A stretch of DNA of 64,000 nt from Massalongia carnosa (lineage: Eukaryota): contig OZ287079.1 in NCBI GenBank assembly GCA_965645245.1, forward strand, positions 434,001 to 498,000, written 5' to 3'. Positions 1 to 12,817 of this stretch are shown piece after piece; position 1 is the first letter of the stretch, and each line of letters begins with the position of its first letter. Made by a program: the position numbers and the translations under genes. The notes under the pieces were generated by a model. That model did not search any database. It was not told where the DNA came from and worked only from the letters and a program-made list of their open reading frames with translations.

Positions 1-418
1 TATAGTAGATTGAAAAGGGAGTGATCTGAGATCGATGCAAAATGGAACAGGTTGATTCTGCACGTATAATAGTCAATGCCGGGCGTTGACCGTAGACAAT
101 AGCAATGCAAGTGCGTAACCTTATAGGGCAAGTACGAGCCCTACGTATTCTGATTCTAGGGTTCCTGCATTAGGGTTCCCGTGTAGGGTTCCCGCCTCTG
201 ATGATCTAATCTAATCTAATATAAACTGTACCTCCGTACTCTCAACGCTTTTACAGATGGGTAACTCGATTGGGAAGGTGTCCCTTATGGCACCCTACCT
301 CTCCCGCTGCGCGCCCATTGCTGCGCCTCCTTGGCTCATCCGATCACTTCCTCGAAAGCCTTTAAAGCAAAGCACGCCAAAAGCACGCCAAACATTTTGT
401 CGTCATTCATTGATCGCG

Positions 419-1484
419 ATGGCAGATCCCTTCAGCATACTCTATTATCAGCAGGCACAGGGTTTGCCGTCACCGCCGGAAAATTCATCGCGCAGCTCGC
501 ATCAGTCAAGGATAATACGGGCATCATTATACAGCAGCTGAAGGTAATCACGCTGGACTGGTCGAAGCCGTGAACCTACGCCATCAAAACAGACCTTACC
601 TGAGCGAGGCAGAGAAGCAGCGCGTGGATCGGGTGATAGAAGACACCAAGCATGCGGTGCCAAGAATCGCGAAGAATGTGGAACCCGCTCGTCGGGATGT
701 GGCCAAAAGAGGGACAGTCAACGTGGTCGATCGATTTGACTGGGTACTCCGGAGAAGCGCTGCGGTCGAACTGTATCAACACAGTCTTGATGCGTGCCAG
801 CGATCGCTGCAAGGTCAAATCGTGATGCTCCGGATGGCGGCTCTGGCCATCCCAACGCACATGCCTCCTCCGTATGGGGAGCTTTCGTGGAGTGATCGGG
901 ATGCACATCCAGCCACGGAGAATCTTCTGGAGGAGGAAGGCACTCAGAAGACCCCGGTCGACGGAGAGGCTGACTCTAGTTCGGATGGAGATGGTATGTC
1001 GTGTCATGACAGAGGCGCGACTTCAAACGCTGACGCTTTTTTAGTACAAGTCGAGCATTCTCGCATGTCTCTTACTCGATCCGGAGATCCCTCCGATATT
1101 GTGGAACACAGGAACAAATTTTCTACAACAGGAACTCCTACACCGACCGTTTTGCATTCAGAGCGTATTTTGTATGAAGAGATGCAGCGGCTTCACAAAT
1201 CTCGGCGCCGAAGAGCGGGAGGGCGACTACATCCCAAGCGGGAATTGTATGAACAAATGCAATTATTTAGCAAATGCAATTATTTAGCAAGTGGAAGAAT
1301 TGATTGGTTAAAGGGTCATGGAACATTTCCACTTTCTAAAATACAAGTACGTGTATTCAAGGAGCGCCCCGAACCTGGTCTCCGCCCTTACTGCTTTCCG
1401 TCGCATAATCATCCTCCGCGTATTCTGGCTTACACAGTACCTCTGGATTTCGCAATTGCCGGCCGGAATTGTCCCCAGTTCTGA
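419..1484 (+). pseudogene. Frameshifted gene with a fungal N-terminal helical (SesA/HeLo-like) domain
   Basis: ATG at 419 gives MADPFSIL; coding continues in other frames (LLSAGTGFAVTAGKFIAQLASVKD; ORF 570-1484 VDRFDWVLRR...LDACQRSL). Resembles MDPLSI-type fungal N-terminal domains. About two frameshifts. Confidence 0.4.
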
Positions 1485-2679
1485 GCAAAACGGGGAAGGT
1501 CATGATTCGCCGCTTTCGTTTGACTCGTCGACCGGTTTGTTCACCGGCGCCATGTTTGGTGGCGGAGCGTTCCAGCGTCATGAACCATTCAAATTTGTAT
1601 GTTGCTGGCTGTAACAACAGCAGAACCCCAGTTTGTGCACCTTTCTTCATGATAGCCTCCAATTGAAGTTTCCGTGAAAAGCCGTCAGACCCTGGGCTCG
1701 CTAACACCGTTAACCGGTCATGCAAACTATTAACTGCATACTCAATCTGGGCTTCTCGCTCTCTTGTAACTTGCGCGCTTTCTCCCCTTTGACTTAGTCG
1801 TAGTAAACTCGCCGCATTTCGACGCAGCAAAGCGGATGCTGCAAATCGGACTGACACGAGTTAGTTCGGTTACTTCATCGGAATCCGCCGATTCAAGACT
1901 CACATTTCTCCGTACGATGGGAAGAAGCCATTCCCAACAGCGACACGACATCTGGTGGTAAAAACGTCACCTCCGGGTCCCCATCAAATACAATTCTCTC
2001 GAGCATGAAGCGGGCAATAGACAAGTGAATTGCAGCCAAGCGAAAGGATTCTTCAGAGAGGAGCGAAATGGGAGCGCGCCAGTCGCTACGGTCGAGCTTG
2101 ACGATCCCGACAATAACATCATCCGGCGGAGGATTTGCGATACCGCCATAGTGATTATAGACATGAGAAGCGATGGAATGTTTCAGCCCTTCGACGCTGT
2201 TATGGATCCATGAGTCTTCGACGGGTTGAAGAAAGTAATTCTCTAGATCTAGTGCACTGCTATGAAGGTACTTTGGTAGAGTCTCTGGGGCTCTGTCCAT
2301 GGGTGCTGGAGACGAACCCCATGGTACCCTGAATCCTAAGATCTGATACGACTTGGACTCTTCTGGAACGGTGTCGAAGACGGGGATGGAAGGAGTTCGG
2401 TTGAGCTGCGAACTCCTTATACTACCAGTACTATTCCTGGCCGAAACCGAGATCCTTTTTTTCCTTGCGAATCGACCTTTCGCGGTTGCGGGTACGGGGA
2501 GGATGTTGTTCTGCCTGGGGTCTTGGTCTTACTACAGAATCAGTCGCATGATAGGAACTTGTCGTCATCCGGGGTTGCTGTCTGTCAAGCTCACTATCGC
2601 TGACATCGCGATATAAAGTGAGGGAATCCGGCGGATTCGGATCATTCGAAGACATTTCAGGATATCTTTGCCGCGACAT
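1357..2679 (-). CDS. Hypothetical protein divergently paired with the Hsp70-like gene (probably intron-containing or frameshifted)
   Basis: Consecutive minus-strand ORFs 2431-2679, 1893-2300 and 1357-1857 with protein-like composition; short putative intron near 1860-1900. Confidence 0.5.
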
Positions 2680-3013
2680 TCAATATCACCGAGCGAGTAC
2701 GTTCAAGTCGTGATCCTTAACACGCCTGCACTTACGCCATGATGAGGCTGTGGATGTTATGGTACACGTGTCGTGTTACAAGGCTACTGAAGGGCTGACC
2801 CGACGGGCATCAGCTGAGCGTCATAGAGCTGCTGCTTTATCGATCAATCAACAGCCGCAGCGCCACAAATCATCTCAGCCTGGCCTTGGTAATGCCCCAC
2901 CATAGACTCGAACTGCTATTAAAGAAGGACGTCGGCGTTCTACCGAAAAACCGTGGTTTTCTAATGCGTCGCGGATTCTTCGCCGAAATAGATCACGTCT
3001 TTCAAAAATCAAG

Positions 3014-5339
3014 ATGACGGCAGATCTAATCATCGGTATCGACCTTGGCATGACCTTTACCGGTAAGTTGGATCTCGCGCATTCTTACCGCAAAACAATT
3101 TACACATTTCAAAGGGGTTGGGTATTTCGTCCACAGAAAACAGACCCGGAACGGGCCAAATTACTTCAGTGTTGGCCTGGAAAGGAAGACAAGACCGAGA
3201 ACAAAATTCCCACATCTCTCATCTATCATGGCAAGAACTTGGAGTCTTGGGGTTTTCTTTGCGATCGGCTAGACCGACCGGAGCATCCCAACCCGGAACG
3301 TCAGCAGTATTTCAAGCTCTGGCTTGACAAATCACACCTGCAAGACGTTTTCGCGGGAACGGCTGGTCCTTCGCATGATGATGTCAAGCGATGGTTTACG
3401 GATTTTCTTGGCAGACTGTATCAGCATATCGAACGTACTTTCTCTCAAGGACCGTACGTAAAGGAGTGGCAGTCCAAGGTGGATTTTGTGTTTAGCGTCC
3501 CAACCACTTAGAAAACCCAAAACGTTTTTAAAACATACAAACGATGTATTCAGAAAGCTGGCTTCAAGTCAGGAGGAAAGAAACATAATCTTTTCATCGG
3601 CCTCACCGAGGCCGAAGCTGCTGCTATCCACACGCTCAAGCCAAAAGCTAGGACGATCAAGGTCTGTCGAATCACATCGCTTGCCCTCGACCCAACTGAC
3701 CTCGGTTAGAACAAAGATATGATTCTGGTATGTGATGCTGGAGGAGGCAATACAGTAAGAACACCTTTGATCTTCGGTGTATTTCAACCGTTCTCAGTAA
3801 CTTTAGGATGCGGCTCTGCTCGAAGCAGTGAGGAACTCTCATGATAGCCCGCAGTTGAAGCAGTTCGGGCCCGATTTCGGTACGAAATCTCCGTTTTAGT
3901 GAACCTCTCCTCTCTGATTCGAGTGCTAGGCAAGTCTGTTTGGCTCTGTAAAAATTGATAAGGCTTTCGTCCAACTTGTCAGGGAACGGCTCCCAAAAGC
4001 CGAAGCACTAATGCCTTTTCTTTCTGAGGATGATCCCGACTGGGGCCATCGAACCGCTTAGGAGATGGCCCAAGGCGATTTCCAGTATTACAAATGTGCA
4101 TTTGGCACCATTGAAGGGACCCGTGAGAAGTTCAGGATCAAGATTCCGGATTATCCTACCGCTCGCAACCTGCCTGAAGCTTTGATCGAGAAGAAACACA
4201 TGTTGTTCACCCGGTAATGTCTAAGCTAAAAGTTGCAAAGAGAACAGCAGCTTACCTTTTCTACAGTCAAGACATGTGTGCCATGTTTGACGCTCAGTTA
4301 GAGGGAATATACTCCATCTTGGACGATCAACTGGGCCATCTCAATTCCAAGAGGCCCACTAAAGACGTGGTAAGTAATGCTGGATCTCAACCTTGTCAGA
4401 TATTTCTGATTCCAGACATCCTAGCAATATCTAGCTCTCTCCGGTGGGCTTGGCAGCTCGGTGTACATAAAGAACAAAATTGTTGAGCGCTAATTGAGTG
4501 GGACGGCCAGGTACTCTAATGCCAAGCATATGGAGGTCATCACGGCTGAAGATCCGTACGTGGAATGCACATTTTGGTATTCTATCAGGCCAAATTTGAC
4601 ATTCATCTTAGACAAACTGCAGTTGTCCAAGGCCTCGTGTTAAATCAGTCACAGCAGCATGAGATTGGGCATGCAACGCTGCAAAGTCGGACTAGCCCGG
4701 CAAGTTACGGCGTACTCTGCAAACAAGAATACAATAAAGAAAAACACATCGGTGCGAAACTGGAGACCGACGAGCACGACGGAAAATTATACGCAAACAA
4801 CCTCATTCATTGGTTTGTGAAAAAGGTGAATGTTATGGAAAGCACATAGTATGCCGGATCGACTGACTGGACCCAGGGAGATTCCGTGTCCGAAGACACC
4901 CCTATCACCTATCCAAACTGAAAAAGGGCCATTGGGAAAGCACGGTGGTGATTTCCTGGAAAGACCCGGAGCATCTCCCAAATGCTTTGGATGACGGTAA
5001 CAAGCCTTCTTCATCTCGTCCAAATAAAGTAATCTGGCGAGCTGATCCGCGCACCCCACAGAAGCCATGATGCTATGCAAAATCGTCTCCGAAACCTCGC
5101 ATCTGAAACTCAAGAGCTTTGAAAAAGTCGCCCCGTGGTACAACCTGTGGGGCGAAGCCTACTACATCGCCAAGTACGAAGTCAAGGTCAACATCGAAGT
5201 GGCCGATATCCTGTTCGAGGTGTGGTGCGACGGCCGGAAACTGTCCAAGGACCAGCGGATCGACGTCCAGTGGAAAAAGGGGCCGGAAATGTCCAGACCG
5301 GTCGACTCCAGCACCGCCAAAGATATCTTTTGGAAATGA
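3014..5339 (+). pseudogene. Hsp70-like actin-fold ATPase (HSPA12-like fungal family), multi-intron, with nonsense codons
   Basis: IIGIDLGMTFTG phosphate-1 motif, ENKIPT, VFSVPTT* (TAG at 3509-3511 where W is expected), LTEAEAAA, VCDAGGG, LSGGLGSS, TAVVQGLV, SPASYGV. Confidence 0.8.
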
Positions 5340-5681
5340 ATTTTAACCACGATTAAGTCTGATTAAAGAAAGTTGGACTCATGTAACATATATCAAAATT
5401 GTTTTCACGATTTTGATATACAACGTTCTGATAGCAAATTCTGCTACCTCTAACTGTAACTGCTTCGCTTCTTTCAAGAGGCCACATTGCGCGTATACTA
5501 GACTGAATTCGACAAGCTGCAATGCTGGGTCGCGATTAAGTCGCGGTTGCAAAATCGGCCATATTCTTCTCCTAGACTTTGGGTTTTCTAGAAACTCGGC
5601 GCGAATTACACGCTCATTGTCCTGTACATGATCAACATGCGCAAGTAGATCCCGTCGAAAAATCTAATCTTTCTCTCTCTC

Positions 5682-6420
5682 TCAAAGAAGGAAAAAGAAT
5701 TGCTTGAGGGTTATAGTCGCTGTTGCTTGATACCCTACTGCTTGATCTGCAGTCGTCATTTCTGGTCTCTCTCTCACCCAAAGATGAACCGCTGGATGTA
5801 TGGAGTAACTGTCATCTTTTGCATCCGGATTTGCAAATACCAGGGACATTTGAAATAGCTCTTTCAGCGCTTCCCGGAGCGGCAATTCATCAAATGACCC
5901 TGATTCGAGCGCGTCGCTGATATCCTGGGTAGTACCGGGCGGTTCCCCAGCTTCAACAAGAAGAAGAAGACTTCGCAGCGAATTTTTTTGAAGGTCTGTG
6001 CCCAAGTGACAGTCGGTTTCATTTGACTACCGGCTTTCTTTTCCTCTTGCTCTCGTCGTGTTTGTTCTAGCATTTCTAATCCTGGGCTTGATGCTGCCTG
6101 TAGAAGATGTCCACTCGGATGCGTTGACTATGGAGGAAGGAGAAGATCTTTAGTAGATCGAGTGTATCCTCCAAAGCTTGCGTCCCCTTTGCCACTAGTC
6201 CGTCACGTACGAGCTCGAAGCTTGAATAGATAGCGGCATTCGCATTTGAAATCGAAAGTTCAGTATTGTTTGAATTCTTTGCGCTCTGATGCGAGTTCAG
6301 TTCTTTGCAAAGAAGCTCAGGTAGTTCTCTAGCGTACAAAGTCGAGCAAAAATCGTCTCATCTGCGTGCATAAGAGTCAGAAGCAGATAGCCCAGAGTTC
6401 TGCATATCTTCTTTGCCGAT
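5682..6420 (-). pseudogene. Remnant of an NB-ARC/TPR-type fungal NLR (helical/winged-helix region)
   Basis: AIYSSFEL...LDLLKIFSFLHSQRIRVDIF and LREALKELFQMSLV...YSIHPAVHLWVRER resemble the post-NB-ARC region. Fragmented; no P-loop or TPRs seen. Confidence 0.5.
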
Positions 6421-6939
6421 TCGAGAGTGAAGAGAGAACTTCGAAGTGCTGCTTATACAGCTCTGCTTTTTTTTGCGGCATTCAGTCGCGTACTCTTTGG
6501 GCGTATCCTCGAACTATAGGCGTTGTAGGATAAGAGGTTTCACTACACTCTAATGCACAAACCGTCCTCGTTGGAGGTAGATCATTGGCTAGGTGCATTT
6601 CGGCGCTTCTGGTGCTTCAACGCCCCCTGCTCGTCAATGGTATGCTCGCGGTCTATTAAATTCCCCGATTTCACGCACATCCTCTCCTTCACACAGAGAC
6701 TCGAAGAGCCGCAAGGCCAAAGATAGAAGATATGGTTATCAACACTCTTCGGGGGCAAGGTGACGACACGAACGGACCCCCTCGTATCACGTTGTTTCGG
6801 CTCTTCATCCTTCTCGGGTTTTTCTCTTTTTTGATACATTAGTATGCCCGCAAGTGCGCGAAGTTTAGGGTAGGATCATGCTCAAACCCAAAAAAGTGTC
6901 ATTTTTCACGAGAGTAATGACTGATCTTCTAGAACGAAA

Positions 6940-8556
6940 ATGAATTCGGAAAACGAAGTGGCTGCAAGCGGTCGGCATTTGCGCTTTCGTATTAATGGCC
7001 GTTAGCACTCGATGTTGTCATCCGAGGCTTTCGAGCCGGACGCCAAAAGAAGCTGCTTTCTTTCTTCATGAAGTATTTCAAACAATTAGGAACGACCGTC
7101 GAGCTGACTCTCCTCGGCGGCACTGGGTTGGCGACGATGGATCCCGAGAAAATAGAGGCGGTCCTTTCCACTCATTTTGATAGTATGTACCTAGGCTCGA
7201 TTATATATATCATTCATGTAGTTCATGAGCATCGCATGGAATGTCTGATTTTCAAGCGATTTCAGACTTTCATCTTGGACCTCGAAACCTGTTCATGAAG
7301 GCCATGATAGGTGACGGTATCTTCACGTAAGATGGTCCTGCGTGGAAACATACTCGCGAACTGCTGCGCGCCAGTTTGTACGCATGCAATATCAGAGCCT
7401 TGAAGGCTTCCGAGAGCACGTGGAAAACCTAGTCGACCGCCTCAATCGTTCGACTGGTGTTGTGGACCTTCAGCCATTCTTCTTCCGCTTGACTCTCAAT
7501 ACGACCATCGCGATGATCTGGGGCCAATCGGTCGAGAGCTTCAAGCATGAGATTGGCGATTTGTTCTCGAAATCCTTCAACAAGGCCTCGTTGGTCACCG
7601 CAACACGTTTTTTGCTGCCTGAAAGACCGCGAAAACATATACGGATCAATTCGTCAAAGATGCCTTGTGGCAAGACGGTGACAGAGTCAAAAAACATCCA
7701 ATAAATATACGTTCATCATTGATTTTTACGGCGAGCATCAGGACATAAGTCTGGTTCGGGACCAAGTCATCAATGTGCTACTTGCAGGTCAAGATACCAC
7801 AGCTGCGAGTATGTCCTACGCTTGGTGAGTCGGCATACACTGCGATCAGTGATCGTAGCTAACGCTGACGCTTGCAGCCGTCTTCCTGTAAGACATTCGA
7901 ATGTACTCAAAGAAACTTCGCTGCGAGATTGAATCTGTACTCGAACAGGACAGGGACGTTATTCGCGCATACATTCAGCGCATGTCCTATCTTCATAACG
8001 TACTCCAATGAAAGTAAGTGATTCGGCGTCGGCAAAGTTCGGTTAAGGCATCCGCACTCCTAGGCTAAGGAAGAAACGTAGCACTTCGACTATATCCGCC
8101 AGTGCCCATAAATACGCGTTTCTGCAACCACTCTTCCCGTAGGCGGCGGCTCAGACGGCCGCTCACCACTTTTGATTCGAGCAGGGATGCCTGTTGCGTA
8201 TTCCGTGTATGTACCACATGTAGCGGCGGAAGGATTTATACTTATGGCCCAGACGCTGGGACCTTCCGACCCGAACGATGGGAAGGATCGGAGCTGGCTG
8301 ACTTCAAATGGGGTTATTTACCCTTCAACGGAGGCCCGCGGCTTTTCCTATGCAAAAAGTTACATTGTCGCGTCCTGTGTGTAGGCGGGCAAAAAATGTT
8401 AACCTCATGGCGCCCGAGAGGACTTCGTACGAGATCACGAGGATCATTCAAGACTTTCCGGAGATTAAACTTTGCTCCGGGAGAAATCTGAGAAATGCCA
8501 GGTGCGGAAGCGGCAAACACCTCACCTCTCGAATGCGGATGACTGCAAAGTTCTAA
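6940..8556 (+). pseudogene. Cytochrome P450 (CYP52-like) pseudogene
   Basis: DPEKIEAVL, GIFT*DG (TAA ~7328), DLQPFFFRLTL, I-helix LLAGQDTT, LRLYPPVP, FRPERW, heme motif YLPFNGGPRLFL with the Cys replaced by Phe. Several frameshifts. Confidence 0.8.
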
Positions 8557-9121
8557 GTACTGAGTTGATGATCTAGCCTTGTCTGGCAGAAAATAGCCTT
8601 TGGTACGACGGATCGTACACAAAATTATCATCTATTTGGATAGGGACTGAATAAATCTTAATCTAAATTATGGAGAATACACCCAAAGAATTTTTTTATA
8701 CGATGTCACAATAGTGATATTTTGTAAATAAGAAATTAAATCAAACATCATTTTCATTTTCATACGTCTTTATATGAAGCTATAAATTCTGCTTTCTCAA
8801 GTCTTAATCGTTTCAGATGAATGACATTAATTACAGCGCAATTAGCGTCCTTTTCTCTCTTATCACATACGAAAATATACACCGGAAATGAAATCTTGTG
8901 CGAGGAAAATCATTGTTTGCTCGTCGTTTTTTTTCACGTTCGTATACGGTTAAAGTTTTACATCACGATTATTCGTAGAAGAATGATAAATGAAAAACTG
9001 ATGACAGGAAATGAATGAGATTCGTAAATATCGACTAATAATGTGAAACCTATAACACTATACAAAGTTGGGAAAAAGACATGCAACGAGAGCGACATTA
9101 CCCTGTTTTTTTCACCTTGCC

Positions 9122-11710
9122 TTACTTCTCAACCTGGCACCCTAGGCTAGCGTTCCATTTCATCGCTGTGAAGCCGCCGTTGGGAGGCAGCTTGACTTCC
9201 ATGTCGTGGATTTGGTCTTCGCCGTAGAATGCGGACACGTCGTGAAACCGCAAAGGAGAAGTGGTGAGGAGTTTGAAGATGCGGCCACCGTGGATGTGGT
9301 TGGCAAGGTATGTGAGGGTCGACATGGCTTCCGCCAGCTCCTCGACACGATCTTCATCCTCGTAATACGAAACGCCGTCGATGATGCAGAAGATCACCGT
9401 TCCTTCCGATAACGAACACACCAGCTCGGCAAACAGTTGGCATACAATCTGGATCGAAAGGCGACCCATTCCGCCTTTTCCCATAGGGTTCGCGTTGTCC
9501 AGAAGAGGTGTCAGGGTAGCGCTAAGCTGGAGGCCAAAGTCGAGTGGAAGGCTTCGCTGGTCCATTGCATAGAGTTGGATGAGGAGTTGAGCAACCAGAT
9601 TGCTCATCATACCGGTCGGGTGGGCATCGCAGTCTGCGGCTCCCCCGAGGCTGCAATCTCTATGTTCCCCGTAGAACCAGAAAACCGTAAACATGTTGCC
9701 ATCGCCTGGGGCGAGCTTAAGCCCCGTCGTCGGCACAAGCACATCGACAAGCTTGGCGCAGACAAAGGATAGCGGGGATCGCCCTTGCTCCCCAAAAGCT
9801 GCAGAGAACATGTTGCCGTTGACATGCAGGACAGATGATGTGGTGCACGTCACCCAGGTCTGCAAGCGAAGGCATTCCATCAAAGCGACCGACCAATCTT
9901 GCGAGGAGCGACTCAGTGTTCCGGCCAAGCGAAGGAGGCTCGAGACGTCCTCACCCGCGACATCTCTCTCATGGTCAATGTCTAAAACGCCGTGGAGGAT
10001 CCCAATTTGCGTGTGCGCCGGTTCTATGACAGTCAGAGTGGCATAAAATCATTGGAGCCGGATGCCGTTTTACTTCGGTGTTGAGCCGTGTTCTTCTGGC
10101 CAGGCCTCGAAGCGTGGTTTGCCGAACGTTTGTTGACATGGGCTCGTGGATGGTTGGGGTTTGCTTAAGAAGTTAGCATCTTCAACAGTGGGTTGACTAT
10201 TTATTGAACGGGAAACACACGGATCCGAGGTTGATGCGACGATGGATCGCTCAGGAAGAGCTGATGATATCCATCGAGGCATTTCCTTAAGGATTTGAGC
10301 AGGCGTTCTTGCTTCTCATCATTCTTTGCAATTAACATTTCCAATTGCCTCTGTCCCTTGATCGCTCGTTCAACTTGTGCACGCTCAGCATCCAACATAA
10401 TGCGCTTGTGTTCCTCTAATGTTTGGATCACTGCACCAACATCAGAACAAGTCCAACCGGATGGTTCAGTCCACAGGGGAATAGGAACGACCTTTGATGA
10501 ACCCACGATCATTCGTTTTTGTGGATTCCTCGATCATGCTGTACATCAACGCCTGTTTTTCATAAGAGCATTCCTCAGCCGTTTCCCGAAACCGTGTCCA
10601 ACACGATTTGACGTTCTCCATCATGTCCGTCATTTCCTTTGCATAGAGAGCTTGCTTCAGATGCGCCATAGAAAGTCTTCCTGCATCGAACTGTCACATA
10701 AACTGAATGTCTCATGCGAGGCTTGAATGATACCGACCCAACAAACCCTTGTGACACCATTCGTATATCTCCTTCAACGGTTTCAAGATTGCCACATACA
10801 TGGCAGCGCTGCACGCATGCAACAGTGGGGACTCCATGAACGAGTCCAATATCGTGGCCGTCCCGGAAAGCATGGTGGGTATGCCCGCAATAAAGTCGTG
10901 GATTTGTTCGCGGATCTCGCTCAATCTTTGGGCGGCCTACCGCTAGTATTAGTAATAGGCCACACGAGAGCGAATGCAAAACACAAACTCCAAGGATCAA
11001 CTTGATTCCTCCGCATAACGTGGAGAGATAGTGCGATTCTGTAGGTAGCAAAAGAAGCCATGACTAGAACGCTGTCGCGTTCTTGCCAAAGCTCTCGTAG
11101 TTCCTCCGCGCAATATGTGACATGTTCCTCTCGACACTTGTGCTTGTGGTGTTCTGATCGCTTCCTTTCCCCTCTTGCGCCTTATCGCTCAGCATGCTCC
11201 GTTTCAGAAACCTTTTCGTACGAGCAAATCCCAAGACATGTGCGCGTTCGGTGATCGTATCATTCTCCAGCACCTTCGCCTTTTCAGGCAACTCCTCCGT
11301 CTGACCTTTGTCAACACGGAGTGTCTGTTGAAGCAGCTTGAGAACATCCTCCCACGTGTGCTCATCATCAAGGTCCAGCTCGACCGCACTCTTGCTGTTC
11401 TTGGCATGCTTCTTTATCACCGCCAAGAAGCATCCTTTATGATGTTCGGCGTCTCGGTAGATGTGCTTCCTGGACCGGCATTAGCTGAAAATCGTTGGTG
11501 AATCATCACCTGGTGCCCGTACAAGCTTGCATCATCCAGCTTCTTGTCCGCGTTATCAGCATCGTCGCCTGTGCGTGCAGTTCTCTGGTCCACCGGCAGC
11601 ACCATGCGTGAGGATGTTGTATCATGTAGATTGAGGTTCATACTGCTTTCGAGCCTTTTGCCCGGCGGCGGCCGCTTGATCCCAACATCTGCCCAGCCCT
11701 TTCGATCCAT
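9122..11710 (-). pseudogene. Degenerate NACHT-like (STAND) protein with an N-terminal helical domain, frameshifted
   Basis: N-terminal TWEDVL and LPTESHYLSTLCGGIKLILG; C-terminal LQTWV...LHVNGN, FWFYGEH, NLVAQLL, Walker-B-like FCIIDGVSYYE, KLLTTSP. No GxGKS/T Walker A. Confidence 0.6.
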
Positions 11711-12817
11711 TCCTCATCAACGTACTCCGTAGTTCACGGGCTGCAAATGGCGCGGTTGGCCCATGAGCGACGGGTGGTAAATGTAGGATCGGACTGGGCA
11801 AGGACTTTGGGACGAGGAGCTAGTTATTAGCATCAACGACGAGCACCACACCACCGCCCGCGGGAACGTTGGCGTGCATCGCTGTGATCCACCTTACGTA
11901 TCATTAGCGTATTCCGAGGGTCATTCGTTCTGTTACCAAGCGAGAAGGCCGCATTTCAGCTTCTAGGCATGAGGCCTGTCGGAAGACAGGGGAAAAAAAG
12001 TAGTCGTGCCTTGTATCAACTCCTCTGGGCATTAATGAATCAATACTGTGAAGCTGCTTTGCACAGCCTCATCAAGCCCCTTGACCGGAAAGCTACGACA
12101 GTACGTATGAACGCTCTGGATTGGTTATTCAGTCAATGCAAGGTCATCAAACGGCAGTTAACTACTCATGCCGCCTCAGTTCCTGTGCCAATTTCACGAT
12201 AACGGTAACTACTCGAGGAGGCGTTCGAATCGAAGTCATCAGTCCGTCACTTGTCGCAATCACGAATACAGTCGCCAGCCTGCGAGATCGCCTAGCCTGA
12301 CAACGAAGCTTCGATTGCCTCATTGGACGGACATCAGGCCTCTTGATCCTCAACCCTCACCCGCAAAAAGCAATGATACGATCGCGAAACTAGACTCATG
12401 AGTCTACCTTTAATTATATTAGCCGTATTTTTTATATTTTTTGGTTACGGAGTATAACTATCAAATGTGTTTGCCAGACTTCTCCCGTCGGGCCTGCCCC
12501 TCGTTGTGGCGGTGGCGTCGGCGCTCTTCCCGCTGCCGCAGGGGGCGGGAGATGTTTAGCTTCATGGGCCTTAGTTATCCCGAATGAGTCATGAGAAGCC
12601 TACTCCTTTTGTGTGCGACGGTTGTCGGATGGGGGTGAATTGGTATGAAGCACGTATGGTTCGCTCAGCAGTCAGTCTCGTGGTACTGTAAAGTTAGAGT
12701 CAACTTGCTCATGTCGACCGCCAACAATAGAGGAAGATGCTGCGAAAAGTATGGCGCCTGAAGAAGCCGAGTGGTGTGTTCTCCAAGCTTCATGAGTGCG
12801 TTGTACTGCTGTGACTA

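Noticed and set aside
157..192. Three TAGGGTTCC motifs resembling telomere repeats
   Set aside because: Spaced rather than tandem TTAGGG, and too short to call.
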